A stretch of 64,000 nucleotides of DNA from the NCBI RefSeq assembly GCF_001194135.2, contig NC_068983.1:108210927-108274926 (forward strand). Direction: 5' to 3'. Position 1 is the stretch's first letter. Each line of letters starts with the position of its first letter. Below, in pieces: positions 11,078 through 24,625 of the stretch. This stretch comes from Octopus bimaculoides. Taxonomy: Eukaryota. The translations under genes were made by a program, and so were the position numbers. The notes below the pieces were generated by a model that worked only from the letters and a program-made list of their open reading frames with translations, was not told the DNA's origin and did no database searches.

Positions 11078-14000
11078 CACACACAGGCACACACAGATAG
11101 AGTGACTTACTTCCAAACACCATGGCTTCCAACTATTATCCAGCAATTTTGAGCCAAATTTTGTTCAAAAGTAATTGTTGAAACAAAAGAATTAATATGT
11201 GTGTGTGTGTGTGTGTGTGTGTAACAAAGTTCCACAAAGTTAAATAAAATTGATATTTCTGTTGGGAAAATAATAAAAGCAATTTATGAAGATATTTGAA
11301 ACAGAAAGACAAAAAAAAATATACTTTACTGAACAGGTGAAAATATAAATTATTAAACAGTTTCTTCAAAAGTGAAAATGAGAAAATTATTGACCTAGAT
11401 ATTTTCAATGTCTTTTTGCTATTCTTGGCAAATTTTACAGAAAACATTTTATTTAAATTCTTATTCACATTACACTGTTCAGAATATGATCGAAGTCTAT
11501 ACCCAAGCCAACTTCTTTTATCATATACTAACTATGTAGTTAGGATAATTGCATATGGTTAGTTCTGAACATGTTCAATCCTGCTAAAGATATTGACTTG
11601 GCAGACAATCAAAATATATTTGATGCTTGTGTATATATTTCCTTCTACAGAGCAAAAATGAATTAAGAAATATCTTTATTATTTTGAAACATATATTATA
11701 TCCTATAGTGCGATGCTAAAACAAAAGAAAAAAAAAATTTCTTTCACCCTTCTAAAAGATCATAATGTCTAACATCCCACCCATCAAAAGTGCCAACTAT
11801 TATCTATATATTTCTTACTCTAGAATCTTTCATGAGAAATTCTTATTCAATCTCTTTATTTGCATATTGGTTCAATATTTCATTTTACAACTAATGTTAA
11901 TAAATTTTAATGTTAATTTTCTTCATGAAAATACAGTAACAAAAGTGGGTTAGATCTGCTCTTATATACATAACAAACTTAGAACATGAAAATACTTGTT
12001 TGAGCATGTTCTATATAAAAACTGCTGTTAAGTCATATAACAAAAGTTGTATTTTCTACCAATACTATAGGTCAATATATCAATATAGAGAAACTATAGA
12101 TTTCTACAAATCAAGGCTATAATTTTTTTTTTAATATCTTGTCCTTTCATTTCATAAAAAAAAAAAAAAAGAAAATAGGGAAAAATATTCTTTATATTAT
12201 ATCCTGCTTTAAGCCATTTATAATTAGTAAAATTGTGATATGTAATTTCCAAGTCATAGAATCAGCTTAATACAGCTATCCTCTCTTTAAGCCAATGTTT
12301 TATCTCTTCATATTTTGAGAAAAGGAAAAAAATGCTTTTTCTTGAAGCTTGTCAAAACCCAACCAACAATTCAGATCACCTGGCCCTATATTATGCAATT
12401 CTAAGAGCTTATCATACCACTTCTTTCTTTAGAGATCAATAATAATAATAATAATAATTATTATTATTATTATTACTATTATTATTATTATTATCCATAT
12501 TAACCAATATAATCTACATTAGTTTAATACTGCTACTATTTTTATTCTGGTACTTCTCAGAATAGAGAAAAGTTTTCAGACACAAAATTCTATCTACTTA
12601 ACTTTAAGCTGACTCTGATTCTTAAATACCAATTATTTAATAAGAAAATAACTTATCTTGCAGAAAATACTGAGCTATAATTACTGATCCTCAGTAAAAA
12701 CTATTGTTAGCTAAATTAACACTTCACCTTATCATTACCAACACAGTTAACAACCATATCAACATTACATGCTGGATAATTGATTCATAGTGACTTTTGT
12801 TTATTCTATCATTTACATTTTCACTGAATACCCGTAGGCACATACTCATAATAAAATTTTTACAATTCTATTATGAATATGTTCCTTTAATTCTTGAAAA
12901 CTCTACAAGAATTAAACTGAATTCAGTATTATGGATGAAATTTTGTAGCAAGAAAATAATATATCGAGAAATGAAACATCAAAAAAAAAACAGAACCAAA
13001 AAAATAAATAAATAAATAAATAAATACAGAATATTGTAAGTTAGCAATTTTGTTTGATAAATGGAACTATTTGTATACACTTGTCATGACTTGTAGAAAG
13101 AATACTTAGCTCGAAAGCTAATGCACCATGAAAGTTTAAATTGCTTGAGAATTTTATTAATAACCTGAGCAGTGCTAACAACGAAATGCAAGTACAAAAT
13201 GAAGAATCAAATTCTTCAATAACATAAATTATTGAAATGAAAGAAATTTTTTGACCAGCTGAACCTTTAGGGAAGTTAATCTTATATTCACCTTTATCCA
13301 TTTATACTGCTCCCACATTTGAAAAGGCTATCTCCTACAGTTACTATAAGGCACTCTGATCCCAGCTAGCTAGTTGTATATCATCTCTATCCAAGCCTAC
13401 CTGACACACACCTTTATCCCCTTCTCTCATCACTTAATTTGTGTTTACCCTCAAAGCCATTGCACTAATCGCAATGCCCGACCATTTCCCCGGAATTCAC
13501 TTCTTGCCTACATTCATTCTGCTGCCATTAATTTCAGTGGACTTGTGATAGTCATAGAGACAGTATCTTGGAGTTATATCAAATATACTGAAAAATTATT
13601 TTCGTTACCAACAGGAAAGTGTGCAAGTGTGTATGTATACCTGCATGTCTTAGTCAAATTCTCAAAGATTGTTAAGTAACATCAGTTTAAGTGAAATGGC
13701 ACTTAACTGATATTTTATTTAACAGCAAAACCTGACAGAGAAATGATTTTAAAGACAAGAGATTTAATATCACTTTAGAGATAATGCTTAACTTTTGTTA
13801 ACCTTTCAATTTTGACCCAAAAGATGAAAAGAGAAATACTTTCAATGCACAAATGAATCAATAAATGTATAGAACAATCTACTGCAATCAAAATCCACAA
13901 GGAAAGGAATTTACGAAAACTAAAGGAAAAAAAAAAATTAATAATAATGATTATTATTCCTTTTATTTTTCACAATGAGGTGGATATGAAGGGAACATTA

Positions 14001-15387
14001 AAAGAATAAATCAAAAACTAGTAGGGATCATTAGAGAATTGTAAATATAAACAGGCCTAGAAAACAAAAGTATATCAAAGTGTGAAATGAGGTATGCCAA
14101 TAGGACACTAATTTAGGGTCATTCAAGGAACTGCCAGACTCAGAATTATCCTTACCCTAAGAGTGATTTCTAGCAAGATTTCTTGTCTTTCAGGCACATT
14201 CTAAGAGAAGGCCCCATTTACATAGGCTGTTCTCAACACTTCACCCAAATTTCCCTCAAATTACACTCTGCCACTAGTGACAAAAAACACTAGATAATTT
14301 TGTACTAGATGCACAATGACTGAATAAAAATATCAGAGATCACCATCACTGAGACACTTGTGATTATTGATCAGCTGTTACTGAGCTGACCTGAGATTAA
14401 AACAATGACAACCCAGGCTTACAAAACTTTTAGAACAATGGGTATATTAATAAAACAAGAAGCCATAAACTTAAAATGTCTAATAAAACAGATGAAGAGA
14501 ATTGTCAAAAATGGTAGAGCTTAGGTTAAACTTTTGTTGTGTTGTCTAAAGTTCAGTGTTAAAATAAATTTTATGTATTATCTTTCAAGGATCAATAAAA
14601 ACAAATTCTTGTAATACACTGAGGTTGATTCAATAAATTTTTGCCTCCTTATGAACTACTGACTATATGCTAAGACAACCTAGAAGCAGTCATTAAACCA
14701 GGTAGAAATAACAGCTAATTCACCTTCAACTCACTACTTTGAGTTGTTTGTTGAAGACGAATGCATCTTATTAAAGAATGTATACAATGAAGTTCTGATA
14801 ACATTACATCTGAGGAAAAGAGAGAGGGTGGTCATAGCTGAAGTATCTGTTTCATCAAACATTGATCTGAGGCTAATCAGCAAGTCAAAATTATAACCAA
14901 GAGAATTTGAGAAAACAGTTAAAAGAGAAATAACTTGATTCTTGCAGAAATCATCTTTATAGTGTTGGAGATAATCAGTAAAACAGTAATGAAAACCTAG
15001 TGTAAAATAATTCTGATTGCTTTGAAGATGACTGTTGCCAAAGAACTGAGGAAAGGACAGAATGATCAGAGAAAGATGGTTTGATAAATATTATTTATAG
15101 TCATGTGCAAGCAAATGCAAACGACATGATAATGATGTTAAATTTTGATAAGGTTATGGTTACTAAGGTCACCAAACATGTGTTGGAATATAATACAAAT
15201 GCAGTTAAATACTTGAATCGTATGAGAACAAACCCGACCATAATGGTTTTAGCACTTAATGAAAAAAAATGATGAGAGGTAGATAGATGGTAAGCCAATG
15301 TATAGGTATCAAGACTATAAAAAATCACTTTAAAACCATTTACAAAAATTAAGGTGAAAGGTGAAATTCAAACCAACAATATTTAGA

Positions 15388-15440
<53 letters not shown>

Positions 15441-15441
<1 letters not shown>

Positions 15442-16429
15442 TGGGTTGGCAACAAAGTTCCCACCGTTTTTTTTAATTTTAGAATCAATTTTTTTTCAGT
15501 TGAGTTCGATGAAGAGCAATTAAACCAACTTTTGCATGAAAATTCTCGTCAAATGACAAGGGAACTAGCAGAGAAAATGAAATGCTCCCACACTGCTATA
15601 GAGAAGCATCTTCACTCGATGGGAAAGGTTCAGAAGTATGGAGCATGAGTTCCACATACTTTAAGTGACAACAACAAAAATCAACGAGTCACAATCTCCG
15701 CTAGTTTACTTGTACCACAATAAAAAATCCACAAGGAAAGGAATTTACCAAAACTCATGGACTCAAGCAACAATTTCTTTATCGAATCATTACTGGCGAC
15801 AAAAAATGGTGCCTGTACATCAATTTGAAGCAGTGTAAGGAATGGCTTAGCCCCAGTAAACAAGCAACACCGCGCATGAAACAAGATCTTCATCCATGTA
15901 AAACGGTGTTGTGCGTATGGTGGGACTGGGAAGGGATTATCCATTATGAATTGCTTGAACGGAACCAAACAGTCAACGCGGAACTGTATGCTCAACGGAT
16001 GGAACGACTCAACATGGCTATTCAAGAGAAAAGACCTAATCGGCAGCATGGAGTTCTTCTGCTGCACGACAATGCTCACCCTCATATCACCAATATGACC
16101 AAGGAAGCCATTCAAACGCATGGCTGGGAAGTGCTGCCACACCCGCCATACTCCTCTAATTTGGCACCAACGGATTTCCACCTCTTTTGATTTCTTTTAA
16201 ATGCTATGTGCAGAGTTTCGTTCAATACTGATGTAGAATTTGGATCAATTTTTTTGAGTCAAAATCGATGATTTCTACCAACAAGGTATTAAAAATCTTG
16301 TTGAACGTTGGGAAGAAGTTGTAAACAACAAGGGTCAATACAATGTTGATTAATTAGTTGTTATTTTTTATCAAACCTTTAAAAAAAATTTGATTAAAAA
16401 AAAACGCGGGAACTTAGTTGCCAACCCAA
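15441..16429 (+). mobile_element. Mariner (DD34D) DNA transposon, internally deleted and inactive, with TIRs and TA target duplication
   Basis: TIRs ttgggttggcaac(a/t)aagttccc at both ends (21/22), TA on each side. Transposase motifs FDEEQLNQLL, FLYRIITGDKKW, LCVWWD, LLHDNAHPH and HPPYSSNLAPTDFHLF. 989 bp, N-terminus missing, stops and frameshifts. Confidence 0.95.
15499..16190 (+). pseudogene. Mariner transposase pseudogene
   Basis: ORF-track segments 15361..15648 (3' part) and 15825..16190; a TGA replaces the W of the conserved WVPH motif. Confidence 0.9.
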
Positions 16430-16439
16430 TATATATGCA

Positions 16440-17385
16440 CTAGCTGTTGGACCCAGTGTTGCTCATGTTTTCCATGTTGAAGTTAAGCCCACCTTTGACC
16501 TTGTATTGAAATTTTCCACATTCCCCGTGCCAACTATTACCCATTAAGATGTTACATCTGGTTCAGCAGGGATTTTATCTGGTTAATGCTTTCAACATAC
16601 TCCTACATACTGGATCGTCTGAAATCACAGTCAAACTTTTGGGTGTACCTCGTTCCATTGAGAGTGATGTTTGTTTATTTCTCCTCCCTTTAATGCCACC
16701 CTCTGTACAAAATTGATCAGCGTGTCCAATCTCAGCAAAATCCAAAGAAAAGTGTTAAGGTTATGTCATAAAATAGAATCCATGTGACCATTTACATGAA
16801 AATACCCCATTGACTTTTAAATCCCTATACATTATATGAATAATCAATGTTTCATATGTCGAAGTACATAATTTTACACATGGGTCAATTTTCTTCAAAA
16901 TCAGTTCATTATTTTATTGTGAGTGAATTTTGATGATTTCTGCATTTCACCAGTTTAATTCTAATTCTACTACATGACTCTGACCATAAACTTTACCTAA
17001 ATGTAAAATTTCATCAAAATCGAATGAATTCTGTAAAAGTTACTGCATTAAATATTAATCCTATGGGTAATTGCATACAAAAAGCCTATTGATTTCTTAA
17101 AATTCATTTTCATCAAAATCGGACAAAAAATGCAAAAGCTGCAGGAAAAATAACATCGTTATGGGCATTTCCATTCAAATGCCTGATTGAGCTCACAAAA
17201 ATCGATGCCAACTGAGTATTATTGAGCTTTTGAAAAATTCCAGCCTTATTTGAACTTCAAGGCATGTGATGTACCTATGTGCCAAAAATCATTAAAATCG
17301 GTTGGATGGTGTGGGAGGAGTTAGAGTAACCCCAAACACACACACAGACAGGCAGACACGATTACACATTTATGTATACAAATAT
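16440..17385 (-). mobile_element. Non-autonomous Helitron-type element
   Basis: On the minus strand it ends ..gagcaacactgggtccaacagCTAG followed by T. The 5' region has a (CTGT)-like microsatellite followed by ctcctcccacaccatccaaccgatt, the architecture typical of Lep1/HINE-like Helitron derivatives. Confidence 0.7.
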
Positions 17386-17914
17386 ATACATGAACATATA
17401 TGCATGTATATGTAACACAGAATATATAAATACTCCACCAAGGATTATCAGTTCTTGTGATAAAAACCATGTGGTTCACACATCTATTGCATGATGCCAA
17501 TCATATTTTAACAAAAGGTCTGTCCACCTAAGAAGCTATATTTATGTAAAAGTCATGGCCAAAACATAATCTAACTAAAAGTATAAAAATGGTATGTTGT
17601 GAAATTTATAAAGGCTAAAGGAAATTGGGCTGGACACATATAGTCTATTATGTAATTTTAGATCAAATAAAGGACTCCATGTCCAATATGTAAAAGATAA
17701 TGTAAAGGCTAAGTGGATGTCAGACCTCTTCAACTATATAAATTGAGGTAGTCTTCATTTAAAAAGACATACTTGTGATATCCAATACTGACCTCACAAA
17801 CAAACACACATATTCACAGATTATGTAATGCTTAAACATTTTTAAGCTCATTTATGTTATATAATATGATATATAATATAATATAATATTATAATATTAT
17901 ATAATATAATATGT

Positions 17915-18075
17915 TTGGCGTTAGGAAGGGCATCCAGCTGTAGAAACTCTGCCAAATCAGACTGGAGCCTGGTGTTGCCATCCGGTTTCACCAGTCCTCA
18001 GTCAAATCGTCCAACCCATGCTAGCATGGAAAGCGGACGTTAAACGATGATGATGATGATGATGATGATGATGAT
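17915..18075 (+). mobile_element. Young, 5'-truncated RTE-tail retroposon copy ending in (GAT)n
   Basis: About one mismatch over about 140 nt (hand alignment) to the reverse complement of 29771-29911; CpGs intact. Confidence 0.85.
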
Positions 18076-18280
18076 ATAATATACAACTAAAAATCAGAAT
18101 AGGTTATGGATTTCTCAGAATACCTCAACTTATGACAAATAAAATGAAAAATCAACAAAAACAATCTTTCTCTTCTTGACTGACGCCCAAAGTAATACCT
18201 CAACAGATGTAAACAAAAATTATGAATGACAAAACTTATCAAAATATCATATTGCACTTTTAGTATTAACTTCTGAATCA

Positions 18281-18508
18281 AGGTGGCAAGCTGACACTTG
18301 ATCAAGGCATCACTAGCACACCAGGCATGCTTAGTGACGTTTCTTCTGACATCATGCTCTGAGTTCAAATTCCACCAAGGTCAGCTTTGCCTCTCGTCTT
18401 TTGGGGGTTGATAAAATAAGTACCAGCTGAGCACTGGAGTTGATGTCATCGATTTACCTCCCCTTCTTCACCACTGAAATTAATGGCCTTGTGCCAAAAT
18501 TTGAAACC
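18281..18508 (+). mobile_element. Nin/Inv-core tRNA-derived SINE
   Basis: ttctgagttcaaattcc B box, ggggttgataaaataagtaccag core and gtgccaaaatttgaaacc tail. Confidence 0.75.
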
Positions 18509-20259
18509 AATATCAACTACTAAATTCTAATAACATGATAGATTAAATTGTTTAAATGAAATTGAGAATTCAATTGCATGCTGAGAAGATTGATAGATTA
18601 AAGCGAAAGTACACTGAGTAAACATGAGTAACAGTCATAGAGCACCACAACTTCTGAATAAGTCTGGACAATAACATCACAAACACATAACAGATCAGAG
18701 AACAATTTGTATCAAAGAACATCAGCTAATTCTCTTGGTGAAAAATAGAAATTATGAAAAACAGAAACTTCATGCAACATTTTGCTTAAATCATGTCCAG
18801 ATATAAGTAAATGTCTTGATGTTGTCACAGCTAGCAGTATTATTTATATCAATGAAACTGAATGGCAACTATACAGAGATGAATGTAGTAGAGAATAATA
18901 TGATATGAATCAATGCAACTGATTTACAACAAAGGAAACCTGGTGACTTTGTTGATGATGCTAATAACCATTCAAATACACACATTGATTACCAATAACC
19001 AAACCCAGTGAGATCCAGTCACTATGCCTTTTGCTAGTCATTAAATGATATTGAAAGATGTCTATGAGAAAAACCAATTATTGATATTTTTGCTTTGTGG
19101 TTTTGTTTTTAGGATATCCTAGTTAAGTAGTTAATCTGCATTTTCTAGCAGAGAATAATATCCTAAGAAACACTCAAGCTAATGTGGGAGCAGCCCTTAA
19201 TTGGTCCTGCAATCTGCTAGAAATAGCAGCTTAATCACTCTCCAATCACACACTAGTTTATAAATAAAAATGAAACACATATTAGATAAACAATGTTCTC
19301 CAATATATATTACGCCAGAGAAAAAAGATGGAATTGTCATGGTTGGATCATACTTGATTAATCAGCAATGATCTGCACAAAATAATGACTTAAATAAAAC
19401 TGTTGGACTTTTAATGGGGGACTATTAAACTTTTTATAATAAAGATTGGTACTCTAACATAAAACACTTCAAACTACTATAATTATGATTACAATGATGG
19501 TGGTGGTGGTTGTCGTTGTCAGTGGTAGTGTTGTTATCATTGTCATTGTCATGCTTGCCTCTGCTACCATCATGACAATGATGATCATCATCTGGATGCA
19601 AATTTTTTGCATGCTGAGATTGACATTAAATAGAAAAATGAAATTAAAAATTTAATTTCATGCTGAGAAGATTGGTATTTCTAATCAATAGAATATTATT
19701 TTATGCTGTGATCATGAATAGAACTGTGAGACAACAATATAGTTTGATTTAGTACCTAATACGTATTTAAAAATGATATGATTCAAAGAAAGTAATACAC
19801 ATTCAGTTAACTGCCTGTATTAAAAGAAATATAATTTGAATTGCAATTTTTTTTTTTTAATCTATAAACTATAAGTACCAAATTATAAAAAAATTACAAC
19901 AGTTAGTCATCAGTTAATTTCAAATTTGATTTATATTACAGTTTCAAATTGTAATTTGAAACTGTGATCTATATCACAGTTTCAAAAAGCATTTAATTTG
20001 ATTCAGTCTTTTTAAAATCACTTTAATCAAAATCAACTAAAAATTTCTCAGATATATTGAAACAATTATGACTAAAAAAAATTAAAACCAAAAAAATTTT
20101 TAAAGAAAGTTATGGTAGCTTAAATTCATGTGCCAGCTTGTCAGTAAGGAATGTATTTGTTGTTTGAACCATGCTTTGACTTCCTTCCAGCCAATAAGTA
20201 TTATTTTTATAACAAGTAATTTTGAAATTATATTCGTATACTAAAATATTACAATATAC

Positions 20260-20361
20260 CTCCAGATTGGAAACAGTCAGTAGCTGTTTTAGTGATGATA
20301 GAAAACTTATAAGTTGATGGTAATAGGTATGAGTTATTCCTAATCTATGCACAAACATAAT
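20260..20361 (-). CDS. Candidate 102-nt phase-0 internal exon of an unidentified minus-strand gene (IMFVHRLGITHTYYHQLISFLSSLKQLLTVSNLE)
   Basis: Acceptor ttttatctattttttcaag, donor gag/gtatat, one open frame with the other two closed. No homology recognised. Confidence 0.25.
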
Positions 20362-22774
20362 CTTGAAAAAATAGATAAAAATAATTCATTCAACAAATGG
20401 TTACCATCAATAAAAGCACACATGTCAGTTGGAATTCATTGAGAAATGTTTTCTACAGCCAGATACTCTTCCTGCCACCAATTTTCATCTGTTTCCAAAT
20501 AAGATAATATTTTCCCCATGACTAGACATGTTTTCACAGAAGATTGGAAACAAAGAACTTAACTTGAATAATGCATGATGCTTGTTTATAACTCTGAGAT
20601 GTCAAGATCAATGAGACAGTTACATGCATACACAAACACACACACGCACAAATACATCTGATGGGTTTCTTTCAGCTTCTGTCTATGAAATTTACTCACA
20701 AGGCTTTGGTTGGCCTGGACTTATAGCAGATGACACTTGCTCAAGATTCCATGCATTGGAGTTGTACATGAAAACCATGTGGTTAGGAAGCCATATCTGC
20801 ACTTTCTCATCTATAAAAACATAAGATGTTAAATGTTGCTGAAATGTCAATAAATGCAAAGAAAACTCACCTAGGATTATGTCAGACACTATCTAACCAT
20901 AACATCTATGCAACAGTATTGTAGATCAATTAGTCATTGCTATTCATAAACCCAAGTTTATACAGATAATTTAAATTTCAAAATGAACATTCGAAACAAT
21001 TTGCAACACATAATCTTGTCTGGTAACAAGAAAATAAGAGATGATAAAATCAAGTGATACCAATTTCTGAGTATAAACTAGTTAACATATACCAGAAAAA
21101 TCAGTGAGCAAAAATATAAAAATTCTAATATGAAAATCCTTTCAATTATTTTTCAAAATATAGCAAGCAACAAAGATTTGTTGAGATTCCAGATGAAATA
21201 AGGCAAATATTTTATTAAAAAATATCTTCTCAAATATCATACCACTTTCTGAAGTCAGTAATGCATAAATATCAAACAAATGTTCTTTTACTCTTATTAT
21301 TTTTTTTACAGGTTTGTTAGACGATTGAGGTGCAACTTTCAAGAAGTATAGTCAACAAAATTACTCCCAGTATTTGCTTGATATTTGTTTTATAGACCTT
21401 TGGGTGATAAAATATGAAGCCAACATGGATAGGATTTGAACTCAGAATTTAAAAGGATGTAACCAAATACTTTGGTGTTCAGCCAATTCTAACATCAACT
21501 GCTCCAGTAAAAATGAATGGTTGAAATATTTGGAAAGTGTTTTTTATAAATGGTTTAACATTTTAACAGAGTCAATAATGAGTGGATTAGCTTCAAGTGT
21601 GTACATAATTTATTGGCTAATCCTCTACTTGTTGCTCAACTATACTATACATAATATGATTATTCCTAATATAATGAAATGGAAAAACTTTGTCAAGGCC
21701 CTTTATTGTCAGTCATAATATCAGCAAAGTCTTTTAACTATGGTTTGGCAGAAGTATTTTCTACAATGGTTTTTGATTTTCTGAAATGGTAGGCCACATG
21801 CCAACTCTACTCCAGACCATCCCAAAGTACTTACCTTGATTCTTGCTATGTCTCATCCCACAAACACCAAACTTAATACTTTCCCTAATCATTTCTCCTA
21901 AGGGCTATAAATTTCCATGTTACCCTTGTTTCTCCGTGAATATTAACACCGAGCACATTTGTCAGAATAGGCATGGAGGTTGAGGCTGCAAAGCTCTTGT
22001 GAGTTGCTTATCTAATTAGTAATAAATAACTGGCAGAATTTAAACCATGAGTGATTAGCAATATTAACCACACAACCAGCTTACTTCATGTAAAGCTGCA
22101 TAATCTTAAACTAAAATACAAATCAAATATATTAGTTTTTCAGTGAAAGTAAAGTATTATCTAGCTTTAATTTTATATAAAAGATTTTCCATTATACACA
22201 TGTTAAATCTATTTCTTTAGTCTTAGAATCCTATCTTTTAAGCATAAACTTACAGAATTATTTCTTAACCAAAGCTACAAAAAAGAATTTTAGCTTAGAG
22301 CATTTCCAAACTATTCGCAGTGTTCATTCCAGATGAATAAAGACTACTTTGAGAATGAACATTGCCTCTTTTTACATCATTCTAAAGTAATCATTAAACA
22401 CCTTCAGAAAAGAAAATTTTCTTATAGTGCCAACCTTTTACTACCATTAAAATGAATTATGTATATTCTAGTTTCTTTATTACTTGTATGGATAACTGAA
22501 TCAATGGAAGGCTGGACAATCAGTTGGTAGGTCAGTGGTTCAGATGTTATTCTATTATACGTGTGGTCAAGACAACTCACAAATTGCTCATCTATTTTGC
22601 AGTAAACAAGAACCAAGAAACACGAACTACTTGTCAAAATGAACTAGCACCATCAGTTTACAGTAAAGAAGCCAACACCTTTTGGGAAAGTAACTCAGTT
22701 TCAGGTTAAGTTGACTTTGATAAAGATCATCAGTGAAGTCTCCAATGGATCATAGACTTTGATACTTTGTTTTT

Positions 22775-23115
22775 GTATACTCTTTTACTCTTTTACACAT
22801 TTCATTCAATTAATTGTAGCCATGCAGGAGCACCACCTTTAGTTGAACAAATCAACCCCAGATCTTAATCTTTGTAAGCCTAGTACTTATTCTATCAGTC
22901 TCTTTCACCAAACTACCAAGTAATGGGGACACAAACACACCAAAATCAGTTGTCAAGTGATGATGGGGAGAACATATACATGTATACAAGATGGGCTTCT
23001 TTGAGTTTTCATCTACCAAATCCACTCTCAAGGCTTTGATCGGCCCAAGGCTATAGTAGAAGACACAGGATTGAACCTGGAACCATGTGGTTGGGAAGCC
23101 ACACGTGCACCTATG
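22775..23115 (-). mobile_element. Composite SINE copy (tactcttttact.. tail plus GGCTGTGTGG-family head)
   Basis: The same two-part arrangement recurs at about 57700-58060 and 58990-59305. Confidence 0.7.
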
Positions 23116-24411
23116 TTTAAGTTTTTATAATTGTATTTAATTCTTTTGCTCTTTGCATATGAAACAATATTAAAATCATAGTGCTGTAACTAGCTATCAC
23201 ATTTTATTTACATTTTATTGTTAAAATTTTTTTATTATAAAAGAAAGCACAATCTCTTTTCCTTTTAAAGAATAATATTTTCAAGATATCTTGAAATATT
23301 TATGAACAATCAAAACAGAAGATAAGATGTCAACAGACAAAATTCCAGTTCAAAGAGAGTTAAACTGAAACCAACTATGCTAAGCACCTTACATCTGCCA
23401 TACATAGGGTGATGAATCCATGATTTACTGCTGAGCATTTGAGCAGCTTTCTTTATACTGTAAGTTACTTCAAACTGAGCTTACTAGGGTTTCTCAAATA
23501 CAAATTTTTGTCCAAACCTCATCCTCCTCATTTCAATGGAATATCAACCATATTAAATACATATAATTATTTTCTTAACTATCCAAAGAATTAAAACAAA
23601 AATTTTTATAAAGTTCTTCTTCTATTGAATTATTCAAAATTATTAAATGCATCTAACTCTCACAGGAAAAAAAATTTGTTTTCTGAAATTATATTTTTTC
23701 TACTAATCAAAAATTGAAAATACTAAATATGTATTAATAATTTACAAAAGAATGAGCTGATTAAGATGAATGCTAAAAGAATAAAAGAAAAATCAGCAAA
23801 TATGTACAGTTGTAATAATGTTTAGAATGTAATATGAACATTTATCGCAGTGATCTAAATAAAGCTTACAATCATATGGTATTATGAAATCATTAATCTA
23901 TTCAAGCAACAAGTAGAGGATTAGCCAGTAAATGATGTATATATTTTAATCTAATCCACTCATTATTAACTCTGTTAGGATGTTAAGCCATTGTTAGGTA
24001 AAGATTTATAAAAACACTTTCCAAACATTTCAAGCATTTATTTTACTTTAACAATAGTTTCAACAAAATAAAAGTATGCATTATCCTACTTGCTTATTCA
24101 CCTGGAATAATGCAGAAAAATACCAGATCAAGTGACCAGGGTAATATTTTCCTGACATTTAAATCTCATTAAATCCGATTTGGTCATTTCTAACCCACTA
24201 AGTAAAAGTGAAAAAATAATAATTATAAATATCAGAATAAAATTGTTTTCATTCTTATAACATGAAATTATAAAAATATATTTCGTATTATAGTATCCCG
24301 CTGAATTACTACACTGAGGTTAGAATTCTTTAGTAATTAATAAACAGACTTTCACCTGCACTGTTACAGTTCTAATATGAAAAATGCAACAAGATTAGCA
24401 TCAATATATTG

Positions 24412-24625
24412 GTTTCAAATTTTGGCACAAGACCAGCAACTTTGAGGGAGGGGTAAGGTTGACTACATCAATCCAAGTGCTCAGCAGGTACCTATTTTAT
24501 TGACCCTGAAAGGATGAAAGATGAAGTAGACCTCAGCAAAATTTGAACACAGAATGAAATGATGGATGAAATGCCACTAAGCATTTTGCCTAGCATGCTA
24601 ATGACTCTGCCGGCAGACCACCTTA
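24412..24625 (-). mobile_element. Nin/Inv-core tRNA-derived SINE
   Basis: ggtttcaaattttggcacaag ... gcatgctaatgactctgccggc; matches the family. Confidence 0.75.

Noticed and set aside
12436-12495. (AAT)n followed by (ATT)n self-complementary tract
   Set aside because: A simple microsatellite polarity switch, common in such genomes; similar (GAT)/(CAT) pairs occur at 59620-59895.
22680-22740. Minus-strand CTGATGA..GAAACTGAGTT hammerhead-like motif
   Set aside because: Stem I and stem II cannot pair.
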